A DNA stretch of 64,000 nt. Origin: Geosiphon pyriformis uo1 (taxonomy: Eukaryota > Fungi > Glomeromycota). Under the pieces are notes generated by a model. That model searched no databases and was not told where the DNA came from. It saw only the letters and a list, made by a program, of their open reading frames with translations. This document shows positions 1 through 15,867 of the stretch, one piece after another (within the stretch, counting starts at the first letter, position 1; the number at the start of each line of letters is the position of its first letter). Position numbers and translations under genes: made by a program. The DNA is taken from contig JAAOMT010000718.1 in the NCBI GenBank assembly GCA_016748015.1, positions 248,001 through 312,000 of the forward strand, in the 5' to 3' direction.

Positions 1-1157
1 GTTGAAAAGGCATCATATTTTTAATTTAATTTGGAATAAGGATCTTAAGGTGGTTTGAGTTAAGGTTAAAGGGCATTTTGGTATCTCTGATAATGTTAAG
101 GCTGATTTGGTGGCTGGGGAGGCTGTTCAGTCTCCTTTTACACTGCTGGTTGAAGTTTGTAAGCAGTTTTTGGTGGCTGAAAATACTGCAGTTTCTGGCA
201 ACGCTTGTTATTTTGTTAGGGACATTTTCCAGTCTATTAGTTATGCTTACTGGGAGGCTGGATTTGAGTATGGTGTAATTCCTAATGGGCTGGTTGGAAG
301 TGTGGACTGGATTTCTACTGTAAAAATGTGACATCCCAACTCTCATATACTTGCTGAATTTACTAGTTGGAGTTCTTTGAACTTACATACTTATTTGATG
401 AAGGCTGTATATAAGCATCTTCCAGTGGTGATTTGAAAAAGATTGTATAATAAGAGGTATTTTGGTGTGCTGTGCTTGCTGTATGGTGAGGTGGAGTTTT
501 CAGATCATGCCTTTACATGTGCTTAAAATGTAGCTGTTCATAATAAGATTCTGGTTGAGGCTTCTGTCTATTGGGTTTCTGTGGCTGATGTTTGTGATTT
601 GTCATCTTCCACTATTTTGTGGGCCTGGTCTGTCTGTTTTTTGGATGTTGGCTTGTATTTTATTGTTTGTAAAGGTTTTGTGCTGAATGAGTGATATGAA
701 AAGGCTCAAAATGTTTTTAATAATAAGAAGCAGACTGTTGGTAAGATTGTCAATTTTGTTAGGTTTGTTATAAAATTGTATTATGTGAAAGTGTGGTTGG
801 TGAGGTTTGAACACAGAGTGCAGATGGAAAAAGGTGGCATGGTTGTTAATGGGAATGTAATTTCTGGTCTTTTCTGTAGTGTGTCTTTAATATTGTCTAA
901 CAGGATGGTCAGGTTATTTGGTGTTGTCAAATTTTTTGCTGTTAACTTTGGTTATTGTAGGCTGTGTTGTTTTTTCTCTGGTTTGGATAGCAATGTATAT
1001 GTTAATATAGGTGTGTAGTGTTGCCTTGACTGGCCCAAATGGCTAGTCACATGTAGTAAATACATGAGTTACGTTTAGTTTAGACCACTTAGTTTGGTTC
1101 TATGTGCTAGATAGCAGTTGGACTTTGCTTGTTAAAATGCTTAATAATAAAAAAAAA
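1..1157 (+). mobile_element. Degenerate non-LTR retrotransposon (LINE) 3' end with A-rich tail
   Basis: Decayed zinc-knuckle region (HLPVVI*KRLYNKRYFGVLCLLYGEVEFSDHAFTC). ORF end VWLVRFEHRVQMEK...VNIGV* at 1018, 3' UTR stem-loop 1026-1048, tail AATAATAAAAAAAAA ~1143-1157. Homologous to copies at 28750+, 35176-35509 and 63468-64000. Confidence 0.8.
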
Positions 1158-2800
1158 TACTATAGTTTTGTTTATATTTTTCTTAAAAAAAAATGTTAAT
1201 TTAATAATTTTTTTAAATTTATTTATTAAAAAAAAATTTTTATTTTTGTTATAATAAATCTACTTTTTATTATTAATAAATTAATATTTAATACATAAAA
1301 TTTTTTAATGGATATTTGTATATTTTTTTAATAATTTTAAAGTTAATTTAAATTTATTTATTATCTATATTATAATTCAAATTATTTTAAAAAAAACTAT
1401 TTATTTTGTTAATATTAAAATAGTTTGTTTTAAAAATATTTATTTTTAAATTTAAAAAAGTATTGTTTTTATTATTAGTATTATAATTATTATTAACCAA
1501 TAAAAAATTGTTTATTATTTTATTTAAATTAGTTTTTATATTAAAAAATTGTTTAAAACTATTTAAAAATTTATTTAAATTCAAGTTTAATTTATTATGT
1601 TTAATATTGTTAATAAAAACTTTTTGTTTTTGTTTAAAAGTATTATTTATAAAGCCTGAAAAAAAATTTTTGTTAAATTTTTTTAATTATACTATTATTA
1701 TTAATAATAATAATTAATTTTTAAATAAAAAAATTTAATAAAATTTATATATAAAAAAAAACACAAATAATTTTGTGTAGTTATAAAAATAAAAATAAAA
1801 AAAGTTTGTAAATTGTATTTTTTATATTCTTTAATTTAATTCTAATTATAAAAATATCAAAAAAATTTAATTTATACAATTTGGTTAAATAATAATTAAA
1901 TAATTAATATAAAAATATAAAACAATAATATAATTTACAAAATAATTTATGTAAATTTAAGTTAAATTTTAATTAATAATATTAATAAATTATATAATAC
2001 TTAAAATAAAGTTTTAATATTAATTGGTTTAAATTTAAAAAAATAATAAATATTAAAATTAAAATTATTTATTTAATTCTTTTAAAAATTAATAATAATT
2101 AAATATAATATTAAAAAATATAACAATTTTTAAAAAATATTATTTTAGTTTTTTAATATTAATTTAACTTTTTAAATAAATAAAAATATTTAATAATTAA
2201 ATAATAATACATATTAAAATATAATTTATTTTGTTTTTTAAATAGAAAACAATTTGTTAAAAAAATACTAAATAATATAATTAAATATTAATTTGTATTT
2301 TAATAAATTTATTATTGTTATTATTATTTAACTTATGTTAAATATTATTGTTTATAGCTAAATTATTTTGGTTAAAATAATAAAACAAAACTAACAAAAA
2401 AACCAATTTCAAAACAGTAATAATAAATTTAAATTTTAAAAAACACAAAATTGGTGTTTTAAAAATATTAAAAGAAAAGCTTTTCTAAAATTACAAAAAA
2501 GTTTAAAGTTAATAATAATAGTAATTGTTTTTTTTTTGGCCATTTAAAAAATAATAGTAATAATAGTTAAAAAAACAATAAATTTATTATTAATCTATTA
2601 ATTATAGTTATAATAATATTAAATTGTTTTGATTTTTAATTAATTAAAAATTGCTTTAAATTTATATTATTTAAGAAAAATACTCTGATTGTGAATAAGA
2701 TTAAAAAGTTTTTTATTTTAATTAATTATTAAATTTACTGAAAATATCAATATTAAATATTGAGAAAAATATAAATTTTATATTAAAAATCAGAAAAATT
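1158..2800. repeat. Extremely AT-rich hypermutated repeat relic of unknown origin
   Basis: Near absence of C/G. Composition resembles 28900-35170, where TE ancestry is still recognisable. Confidence 0.55.
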
Positions 2801-3148
2801 TTAGTGGCCGACTATTACAGCACTACTAACTATTTTAGGACGGCCCCAAAGCAGGGGCTATATCTATTTGTTTACTGAGACAAGAGTTTTTTGCTTTCGC
2901 TGTGGGGTTTCCTGCTCATTAATCACACTTATATTTGTTCTATCAAAGGCGCAAAATAAAGGCTTGAAAGTTCCCGAATTAAGCCTTCTTTGGGTTTTCT
3001 AATTTTTCTCCCAATAATCGAGGAAGCTCATCTGCTTCGATAAAGACGCGTTTTCTACTAATATCTCTCCTTCTGGAATTACTACTCATTACAACTTCGA
3101 CCGGCTTTTTCATCTCCATTTGCGGAAAATTGGTTTGATTAAGTCAAC

Positions 3149-6506
<3,358 letters not shown>

Positions 6507-9154
6507 GAAATCAGACCCATCCTTCTTTCACATCCTTACAGCTTCCTTTTATAGATAAAAACATAGCGATCCCAAACAATTAAAGGGTATTGAACAATCT
6601 AGAGAATCAATCATACATAATTAATCTCCAAATTTTCAATGCCTAATTATTATCCATACCTTTCCTTCCTCATGGCTTTATTTTTTGCGTACGTTCAAGT
6701 TACTTTATCCGACTTCACATAATCTCTCATACAAGTTCTTTTCCAACTAACGGTCAAAAACTCGGAATTCAGTATCATTCATTCCTCTTTATCTTCTTTG
6801 TATACATATTTATGAAACACTTCGGGACTTTAGAACTGAGTACTTAGTTGTTGTTGTTGAACAGACGCTTCTTTGTATATTTACTGTGAAATATCTGTTG
6901 AGGCTTTTATATGTTTCCGGTATATCCTGTCGCTCCATTATCCTTTCATAAATATCTATTTTATCTGTATATTTTGGACATTGATTATGAAAAATGAGTT
7001 TGATGGTTAATCGAGGTGGATGATGTCGAAAAAAAACCAGGAAGCATTGTCATTAATATTAACGACATCCAAGATGAACTATTTTGGAAAATATTCTATC
7101 TTTAATGTGAAACTAATTTTTGCGTTAATCAAGTATAAGCTGAGATTTTAACTGTAAATTGATAGTAAATGCTAATAACTCATTGCTTTGATCGACAGTG
7201 CTTTTAGCAAAAGATAATGAGCAAATTTTTAGTATCTTTAACCAAAAATTAATTTGTTTATAAAGTTTTTACTTATAAATTATATAAAATAATTTTCGTT
7301 ATTAACATTTTTAAGTATTAATAATGATTAATGGCAGAAATAATTTTTGAATGGTTAGAAAAGATGATTTAGAATCCAAAGTTTCATTTAATAGGCAATA
7401 CTATGCAAAATTTATTATTTTCTGCATGGTCACTATAGGACCAAGGCTCCATCAAGCAACGCCCAGAGGAAGATTCCCCGAGCGCTATTATCATCTCTAT
7501 CTATCATAATCCCACAATTTTAGTAGTTGTACACTTCGGACCCTCCGATTCTTTGGATGTTGCCACGTTGAATACAAGACTTGGACAATAACGAGGGCCT
7601 CCAATTCTTCGGCTTTGCTGATCAGACGTTGCCAAAAGGGATAATGCGCCCAAAATACATTTTCTGGACAGTTTCTCGTCCAATCTTCTTGTTTTGTGAT
7701 TTACCATGTCCTACACTTCAAAATGAGCAATTAAAACGGCGTCAAATCTGCGTTTAAAGAATCTAATTGATTTCTGATGAATTTCACTTTACAAATGTAT
7801 AATTTTTTGCCGCATCCGAAAATCACCTCATCAAGTCGCTGGGCCATTTTGTTCTTATGCTTCGAGGAGGATACTAATAGGTTATCTTTTTTGGAGATGA
7901 GATCGTCCAAGTACTTGCAAATACGAACTATACAATAAAATGCTCGCCAATCTTGCCTGCATGTTTTGTAGGAGAGTATCATGTAAAAGGTGTATGGACC
8001 CTGAGATCAATGGAGACTGCATGAAAAGAGCCATCCTTTTGTGTTTGGGGAGCTGTTTTTGCGTCCCGCATACCTAGGCAAACTTCCACTCATTAATTTT
8101 CCGATAGTAGATGAGTTGTCATCAGAGATTATCTTTTGAGGAAGGGCCATCTATTATTATGCTTCTTTTTTTTCGAAATGAAAAAGTCACAAAGCACGCT
8201 TGTCATCATCCAGAATGGTAAGCTTATAATTATCTCTAGTAAGCGTCGACGGATTATGGAGATGAATGACATAGAAACAGTTCCACGTGGCTTTCGAAAA
8301 ATTTGTCATTGTTGGTTACAGATCTTTTCGAGATCGAAATGATAGATTGTGTGGAAAGGTCTTGCCGATTTGCATTACGCCTAATTACTTCTTCCCTAGC
8401 GATCGATGCTTCATCGATCATATTCGCGGGTGCTTTACTGTACATAACCAAAACAACAATCCGAAACACACAAAAGTTCGTATGAACTCGCCCCATATTG
8501 CAGCCTTTTGGAGTTTCTTGTCGTCGTGTTCGTTAGCGTCTTTTCCTCCCCGAACATCTGTGTAAAGCTTAAGTTTATCTTGGATGGTTTGAGGCTTTAT
8601 CCAAGTCTGTTGTGATCAACCAATATGGAATTTTTGGTATAAAAGCGGCGATGTCAACTCCAGTAGACAACAGTATTATAAGCAAATCTCGTCAAGCTCA
8701 ACCACCGCTGTCGCTTTTCCTTCGCGCTATTCGCCTGTTCTGACACTCTCGTCGACAGCAGACAAATCTCCTTCTCTGCATGCGGCAGATAAAGACTGTG
8801 TTGCTGGCAAGAGTGTCTTGTGAGAGTTCATGGTTGTCGGGGGTCGCATCGTCAAAGAACCAAGTAATGCAGAATGGAGGAAAAATCTTGCAAGAGGGCG
8901 AAAACAAATCTGGAAAATATATCACAGTGGATAACCACAATTTCTGAGATCATTCCGCGGCTTGTTCATTACAATAGGGTATTAAGTCCTGATCGTTTGA
9001 AATTGACATCGCTGAAAATTTTATTGATAGGCATTATTAAGCCAATCTTTTCATCGGTCACACAAATGTATTATCATATAAATTTTCTTTCTCTCACAAA
9101 AAAAACGCTTTCATCAAATCTAATAAATTTTTATTCAACCAACTCACAGTTAAT

Positions 9155-10463
9155 ATGCGACCAAGAGGCCAGACAAATACTACCTATCCCTCCTCTTCGT
9201 CTTCAACAAAAAAAGTAGCAACACGTGATGAGTGGGAAAAGAAACTTGCAGAAGTCAAAATAAGCAAAACGTGAGTGATTTAAAAACCCTCAAGACCAAA
9301 TTTAAGAGACTTTACATAATGATGTGTTTTGCAAGTTGGGAATCTCTCTGAAAAAGATGAAAGATAAATTTAATTTCTTGCTTCTGAATGATTACGTTTT
9401 GATGATAGAATACTTGATTGGCAACAATAGCATGCTCACAAGACTCTTGTTATTTTTCAAATTGTTGACCGCGACTTTAAATTTTTTCGTATATGCTTAA
9501 TGAAACCATCCAGCGATTTAAATAAATTAGTAATGAACTACTTGGTGATTGAAGGGTATAAAGACGCTGCTGAGAAATTTAGCCAAGAGTGCGGCTTACA
9601 ACCCAATATTGATTTGGAATCGATACAAGATCGAATGAATATACGGAACGCAATACAAAACGGTAATGTTGAAGAAGCTATTGAACGTGTCAACGACTTA
9701 AATCCTGAGGTACGATCTACTTTTCATGTTATACAAAAGGAAACAATGATTAGAAATGTCTCATGCACCACTCTCAGCCCCCGCTACTTTTAGAGGGTCG
9801 ATGATGAAAATCAATCACCTTTCAGTCTTCAATATGAGTTTCTTGCCAAATTTAGTCAAGGCTCGGAGAAAAATTTATTTATTCCTGATAAAAAGTTACT
9901 CACTCCGTTTGGAATTTGCAGATATTAGATACAAACCCAGAGTTATACTTTCATTTGCAACAACAAAGATTGATTGAGTATATTCGTCAAGGTAAAGTAG
10001 CCGAGGCACTCGAATTCGCCCAAGATGAATTGGCACCTCGTGGTGAAGAAAATGTAAGATAAATTTAAAAGGGATAATTATTGATATAATCTGAACGATT
10101 CTCATTCGTTGTTATATCTTAAATTTATCGCAGCCGGAATTTCTCGAAGAGCTGGAACGCACTATGGCTTTGCTAGCCTTTGAGGATACAAGTCAATCAC
10201 CGATAGGTGATTTACTACATCCTGCACAACGACAGCGGACTGCCAGTGAATTAAATGCTGCAATATTAACCTCCCAAAGCCAAGAAAAAGATCCAAAGCT
10301 TCCCAGTTTGTTGAAAATGTTGGTTTGGGCGCAAAATCAACTGGATGAGAAATTGTCTTTTCCTCTAATGCGGAATCTCGCAACTGCTGAGCTGGTTGAG
10401 GACCCAATAACTGGAGGTTCAACAACATCAACCCCTTTCCCGTCTTCGCTTTCCACAACATGA
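9155..10463 (+). CDS. GID8: GID/CTLH E3 ligase complex subunit Gid8 (LisH-CTLH-CRA), 4 exons
   Basis: [16 protein letters not shown]|[22 protein letters not shown] (LisH), [19 protein letters not shown]|[19 protein letters not shown] (CTLH), [13 protein letters not shown]...[14 protein letters not shown] (CRA). Confidence 0.93.
9315..9390 (+). ncRNA. Intronic box C/D snoRNA, SNORD79-like (LSU rRNA 2'-O-methyl-A guide)
   Basis: In GID8 intron 1: box C ATGATGT 9319, guide TGGGAATCTC complementary to conserved LSU GAGAUUCCCA, D' CTGA 9348, C'-like GATGAAA, box D CTGA 9384, short CAT/ATG terminal stem. TGGGAATCTCTCTGA matches the SNORD79 guide+D' as I recall it. Confidence 0.8.
9739..9843 (+). 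ncRNA. Intronic box C/D snoRNA, snR40/SNORD32-like (SSU Gm1271 equivalent)
   Basis: In GID8 intron 2: terminal stem GGAAAC/GTTTCT, box C ATGATTA 9746, guide CATGCACCAC 9762-9771 complementary to SSU GUGGUGCAUG, D' CTCA, C' ATGATGA ~9801, variant box D ATGA 9834. The D'+5 rule lands on the G equivalent to yeast G1271. Confidence 0.78.
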
Positions 10464-10869
10464 AACACACCGTCTAATTCTTGTTTTACAACTTGGATCT
10501 AATCGGAAAAACATTCTGACTCATAAACATTCTACTTCGTTGCTAGTTGCCTAAAATAACAGTTCAGCGGTTATTCACAATGATTGTTTGCTATATTTAT
10601 GTGCAAACAACCCTTTAAGAGTTTACAACTCTCATGTTTAATCGACGCTATAATTAGTCTCCTCATTTATAAGAACTATTCAGCATAATCTCGAGATTTA
10701 CAGATCATAATTTTTGTGTTCTAATTCATTAATTGTCATGGCAATGTATAGGTGTGACTCGATTGCCGAGATAAAAATGCTAAATTTTTATAAATTAATA
10801 ACTCCCTATATTAGGGAACCCATCATTATTTTCCTTTGCTCAACAGACAAAAATCCTGCTGTTTTTCCT

Positions 10870-12276
10870 TCACTGTACCTTGTCCAATGGGCTACATAAT
10901 AAAGTTAAATCAGTGTCATTTGTGGCGAATCAATGCAAAGATTATTCAAAGAAATAGAGTACCGATTAAAGCCACCTCTTCGATTCATATATTGACGATA
11001 TTGTCTTTGCTTCTTGATGTTAACAGCGGAATATTCATTACCCGAGACTTTGGTACCCTATTGAGTGGTTAAATTGGGAAAATGTCTTTTAATTGATAAG
11101 AATCTAGTACGTAATTATATAGCACGAATATGACCTTTGTAGTAGAGAATCCCGCTATCCCTATAAGGGACGTCATTGCTTGCTCGAGGGCCATCATTGC
11201 TTGCTCGGGGTCTTCATCAAGGTTAATGTCAGGCAGAGGGTTACTAGCCACAGCTTGATATGACATAAATAGGATAAAATTTTGGAGACTTCTGGGAAAT
11301 GTTGATCAATCAAATAGAATATAAGATTTGCAAAATACCTTCTTCTGATGGAGGCACTGCCTCTTCTTTTGTACTTTAAATTTGAAAATAAAGAAAGGTT
11401 AATATCTTTGAATATAATTCGCATAAAATATTTCCGAAAATGTAAACCTGGGCGATTGGGACTTTGACTTTCGTCGCTCACGATCGCGATCATGTCTTTG
11501 ATCTAAAGAAAGTTTTTAATAAGGCTTCATCGATTTATTTAAAAAATGCATTGTTTTAATTTCCACTTACCACGACGCTCACGTTCGCCACTTCGGGGAC
11601 TGGGTGGGCCACGATCTAGAGATTAAAGTGAGCAACAACATCAAAACGTGAAATATCGAATGGAAAGCTGATAGGTAAAGAATTGATTTTCCTGATTTTC
11701 ACTACTATATTCATACCTTTTCAGGCTTATCTTTAACAAAGAACTTTTAAAAACACCATCGGACCAAGTCTCGACGCGTATAAAGCTCACAATCCTCATA
11801 GAAAAGTATCTTGGTTGTATCCTTAGAGTTAGACACCCAAAACCTACCTTGGTATTCTATATTAATGGAGCCGAACTCTAAGGATACAACCCTACGCTTT
11901 GTGTTTTTTATACTACCAAAAGTTAGTTTGAAATTACCCACTACTCATTTTTACCTCTTCTACTGTTTGATCGAGATCGAGATCTGTGAGTTCGACCACT
12001 TCTCTCAGGGGACCTTCTTCTTTCTCTACGGTCTCGTTCTCTATGTCGTTCTCTCTGGTTAGGAGGTGACCTGGACCTCCTTTCACGTCTTTCATATTTA
12101 TCCCGGTCCACTCTATCGCGTCGCTCATGGTGAAAGTCATCCGGTGGCCTATCTAGATCACGATAACTTTCAGGAAAGGGATCACGGTCACGATGTTGTA
12201 AGTCTCTGTCGCGATATTCAGAGCGGCCTGAAAGACGACGAGGGTAATCAAAACGGGGAGAAGGGCTTCGTGGCAT
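10870..12276 (-). CDS. SNRNP27: U4/U6.U5 tri-snRNP 27 kDa protein, multi-exon
   Basis: RS/RD-rich N-terminus. C-terminal domain MTSLIGIAGFSTTK|GTKV...KKQRQYRQYMNRRGGFNR|PLDKVQ*. Exon phases join consistently. Confidence 0.9.
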
Positions 12277-13463
12277 CACTAATGGCTAATTTGGTGAGTG
12301 AAGATTTCTAACTCTTTCTGTTGTGGGATTTTCTGAGTCCATAAAGTGGTTTTCTTGATATATAGAATGCTATTGGCTGTAACCGTATGAGATGTTATTA
12401 AATTTGTTAAAAATGATAAAATAAAATAATAATATAAATAGCATTAAGATTGTAATTAACAAAAATAATTTTTATCATATTTAATTATTACATATTTGAT
12501 CAAAATATGGTTAGGTTAAAAATACATGTTTTATTATTTTTAAATATAATTAATTAATTTTATAAAAATTAAAAAATAACATAAATAAAATATTTTTTGA
12601 CATATTAAATTTTTACTTGATTTTTATAATTTTTAACTGTTTAAAAAAAAATCAATCATGTTTTTTTATTTGAATCAAAATATTTGTTGGATTGCTCACG
12701 ATATTGAATATCTTGGGATCAAAATAGACAAAATTTTGAAAGAAAGGTTTATTGGCATTTTAATTAAAATGAGGAATTAAAACTTCATTATTAATTGTCC
12801 AAGTACGGGTTTGATAAAAGATGGATTTCTAATGGTTTGCCCGACCTGCAAGATAGGAGTTATTTTAGCTAATGAGAAAAAATTAAAAATTTGCCTACAG
12901 TTCCTCCGCTCCAAAGTGCATCCAATTTGCCAAATACTGGAAAAATTCATGAATGAGATGTTGGTTTTGAATTTTGATCTCGAATATTAGATGTAGAACC
13001 ACCTCAACATGAAGAGCATTATTTTCTTTTTTTAATACTTGATATGGATGCTTAATTGATTCAACTTAGAAACAAAAAATTAAAATAAATTGAGCACCCA
13101 AATCAGGAATTATAATCACAAGATAAACTACACGCAGTGTGCCTCTGTCTTTTCTTTCTCATTCTTTTTTAAACAACTGAAAAAGTTCTGTAGTTAAAGC
13201 TAAATCGTCTAGCAGCCTTTGTATAATACAAACCAAGTTTGGGGTAAAAGCTTTATGATAATTGAGTAAACCGACATTCAGCATCTGGCTTGGGATTGAG
13301 CCTTAGAGACATAAGAGCAAAAACTTAAAAATAATAGAACTGATTCTTTTCTGTGGTTGTTGTGCTCGGGTCACAAATTCATGTGCACAATTGTGCAGCA
13401 AAAAAATATTAAAACTATATTCGCATTTGCTTTTTAATTATTCCGAAAATTTATTCGATAATT

Positions 13464-14583
13464 ATGTCTGACAATCTCGAACAAACCTTGCAACTTTACG
13501 CAATCCTCAAAAAAGAATTTGAATCCCCACAACCAGATCTCCAAAAATGTGGGTTTTATCTTGCGAAACTTAAGGTGGAACTTTTTGAAATGTTAAAATA
13601 AATCGCATTGTTGATTTTCATCGATTGAGCCGCGCGTCATTTTCTCCCCTCCAAATTTCCTTACTTACTGGCCTTTGTTATGTTGATAGATATCTTTGTC
13701 GCAAATGTCACTTTTATTGCCGGAAGGTGAAATTCCCAGTCCCAAAGAGTTGCTAATTGCACGTAAGTAAATTGTATTAAATACCTGATTCAATTTCATG
13801 CTAAAAAAGTTCATCCCGATATTCGCTAGGTGAGATTTTGGAAATTGGTGCATATTGGAGTGTCCGTGTCAAAGACATACCTTCATTCGAACGATATATT
13901 GCTCAATTACACACCTACTATAGTGACTATAGCTCTTCTCTGCCCCCTTCGCCCCAAATGTATCCTTTGATCGGTCTCAATCTACTGCGTCTGCTTTCCC
14001 AAAATCGTATTGCAGAATTCCACACAGCATTAGAAAACATTGAACCTGAACAGCTTTTGGAGAATGTCTACATCAAACACCCCGTACATTTAGAACAATG
14101 TTTAATGGAGGGAAGCTATAATAAAGTTTGGAATTCGAGAGCTGAAGTACCCGCCAAAGAATATTTATTCTTTATTGATATTCTAATGGGAACAATAAGG
14201 TACCATGGACATCATTTTTTTTTGCAACTATATTAAAATTTTTAATTGAGCTTTTTTTAGAAATGAGATTGCAAGTTGTAGCGAAAAAGCATATTCCAGT
14301 TTGCCTTTAGCCGATGCAGCAACATTGCTCTTCTTCAGTGGCTTACAAGAAGTGCTCAATTTCGCTAGTGAGGTAATACACAAAACGAGTTGGGATTGTT
14401 GGATTTCTTCGAGGTCGATCTCCTATTGATCAATTATCTACATTTCAGCGTGGTTGGAGTGTAAATCCAACTGAAAAAAAAATATACTTCACTACCAAGG
14501 ATGACAACAAAGTGGAGATACCATCAAATAGCATAATTCAACACTCTTTGAATTATGCTCGTGAGTTAGAGCAGATTGTATAA
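13464..14583 (+). CDS. RPN12: 26S proteasome lid subunit Rpn12 (PSMD8)
   Basis: [81 protein letters not shown]. Confidence 0.95.
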
Positions 14584-14844
14584 GCAATCAAGTGTAGTGT
14601 GTGTGACGGTTAGAACAGCCTCCTGAAAAACATGTTTTCTATGTTACCTAATTTTTCTACCAAAGCTCGGGAAAATAGACATAATGTCAATTAAAAAGCT
14701 CTTAATGAAAAGCTTGGCTGTAATAAAATTCAATAAACATCTTAACAAGATAGCTAAAAATTTGACAGATCGATTTTCAACAATTTGCTTCAATTAATTT
14801 GTAAAATAATCTATCTTGCAACAGTTTAAATCTAATTAGGTTGA

Positions 14845-15665
14845 TTATGCAATCAATTGAACAACTCCACCAACCGACTTTATTTTCTCTTCAGCACGGC
14901 GCGAAACATATCTAGCTTTCACTATAAGAGGCTGTGAAGGTAGACGCCCTTTGCCCAAGACTTTGCCATAACCCTAAAAAGACCGGGAAAAGATTAAGAT
15001 TGAAAATTATTATTGTCAAAGTTAGTAAAAATAAAAACACCTACAGCATGAAGAGTATCAATAACGGGAGCAACGTCTGTTCTAGTAGCAAAGTCTTTAC
15101 GCGTCTGGTCACTAACAAGCGTCCATAGCTTGTCTAAATTCACGATAGGACGGTGAAATTTGTTGGTGGTCTTGTGAAAATACCGCATACCGACTTTACC
15201 AAAATACCCTGGATGGTATTTATCCATATTGGTACGGTGGTGATGCTGACCACCAGCTAAACCACGGCCTCCTGGATGCTTTCGATGCTTGCCTATAATA
15301 TCCGAGTATAGAGATTAGCAATATTGGAGACAAATGAGAAGGGTCAAGATTAAGAATTTGGGAAATTATTTACCAACTCGTCCATGACCAGCAGAAACAT
15401 GGCCTCGCTTCTTTCTGTTCTTCTTGAGTCTTGAAGGCTACACAGACAAGCAGGAACAATAAGTTTATATTTGAACATTTTATAAGTTCTTCCTTTTGAT
15501 TTTATAAGAAAAAAGTTTCATTGATTTCAATTCATTAAACAACCCAAGAGTTGAAACAAGTTGAATGTCCTTTCCTCAAATTATTCATCCAATATTTCTC
15601 TCTAAAGTTTTCTACCGAGTTTTTTTCATCATTAAAAGCGTTTAGACGCAAAAATTACTTACCAT
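14845..15665 (-). CDS. RPL28: 60S ribosomal protein uL15 (L28/L27a); first coding exon is ATG only
   Basis: M|[22 protein letters not shown]|[38 protein letters not shown]...GYGKVLGKG...VVQLIA*. Confidence 0.96.
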
Positions 15666-15867
15666 AGTTATATGGACAAACGTAAAGTATAAGACTTCTC
15701 ACTAAGGAAGCAATAATTTTCAAATTTTTATTTTTGCAAGTGACATCATCATCTATAATCAAGAGATAGATTCCGATTACGAACTTATGGATAGTATTTA
15801 TTTGTCTTTTTCAATTAAAAAAATTGTTTATGAGAACACTGTAAGTTGATCTTGAAATATTGAAAAA

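Noticed and set aside
1387-1717. ORFs in AT-rich DNA (also 31076-31258); possible organellar insertion
   Set aside because: N/K/F/I/L-only composition is an AT artefact. No mitochondrial gene motifs, and comparable DNA at 29-35 kb is traceably decayed TE.
2842-2859. GGCCCC/GGGGCT hairpin as a Helitron 3' end
   Set aside because: Only 6 bp, no CTRR terminus at the expected spacing, and no Rep/helicase relic.
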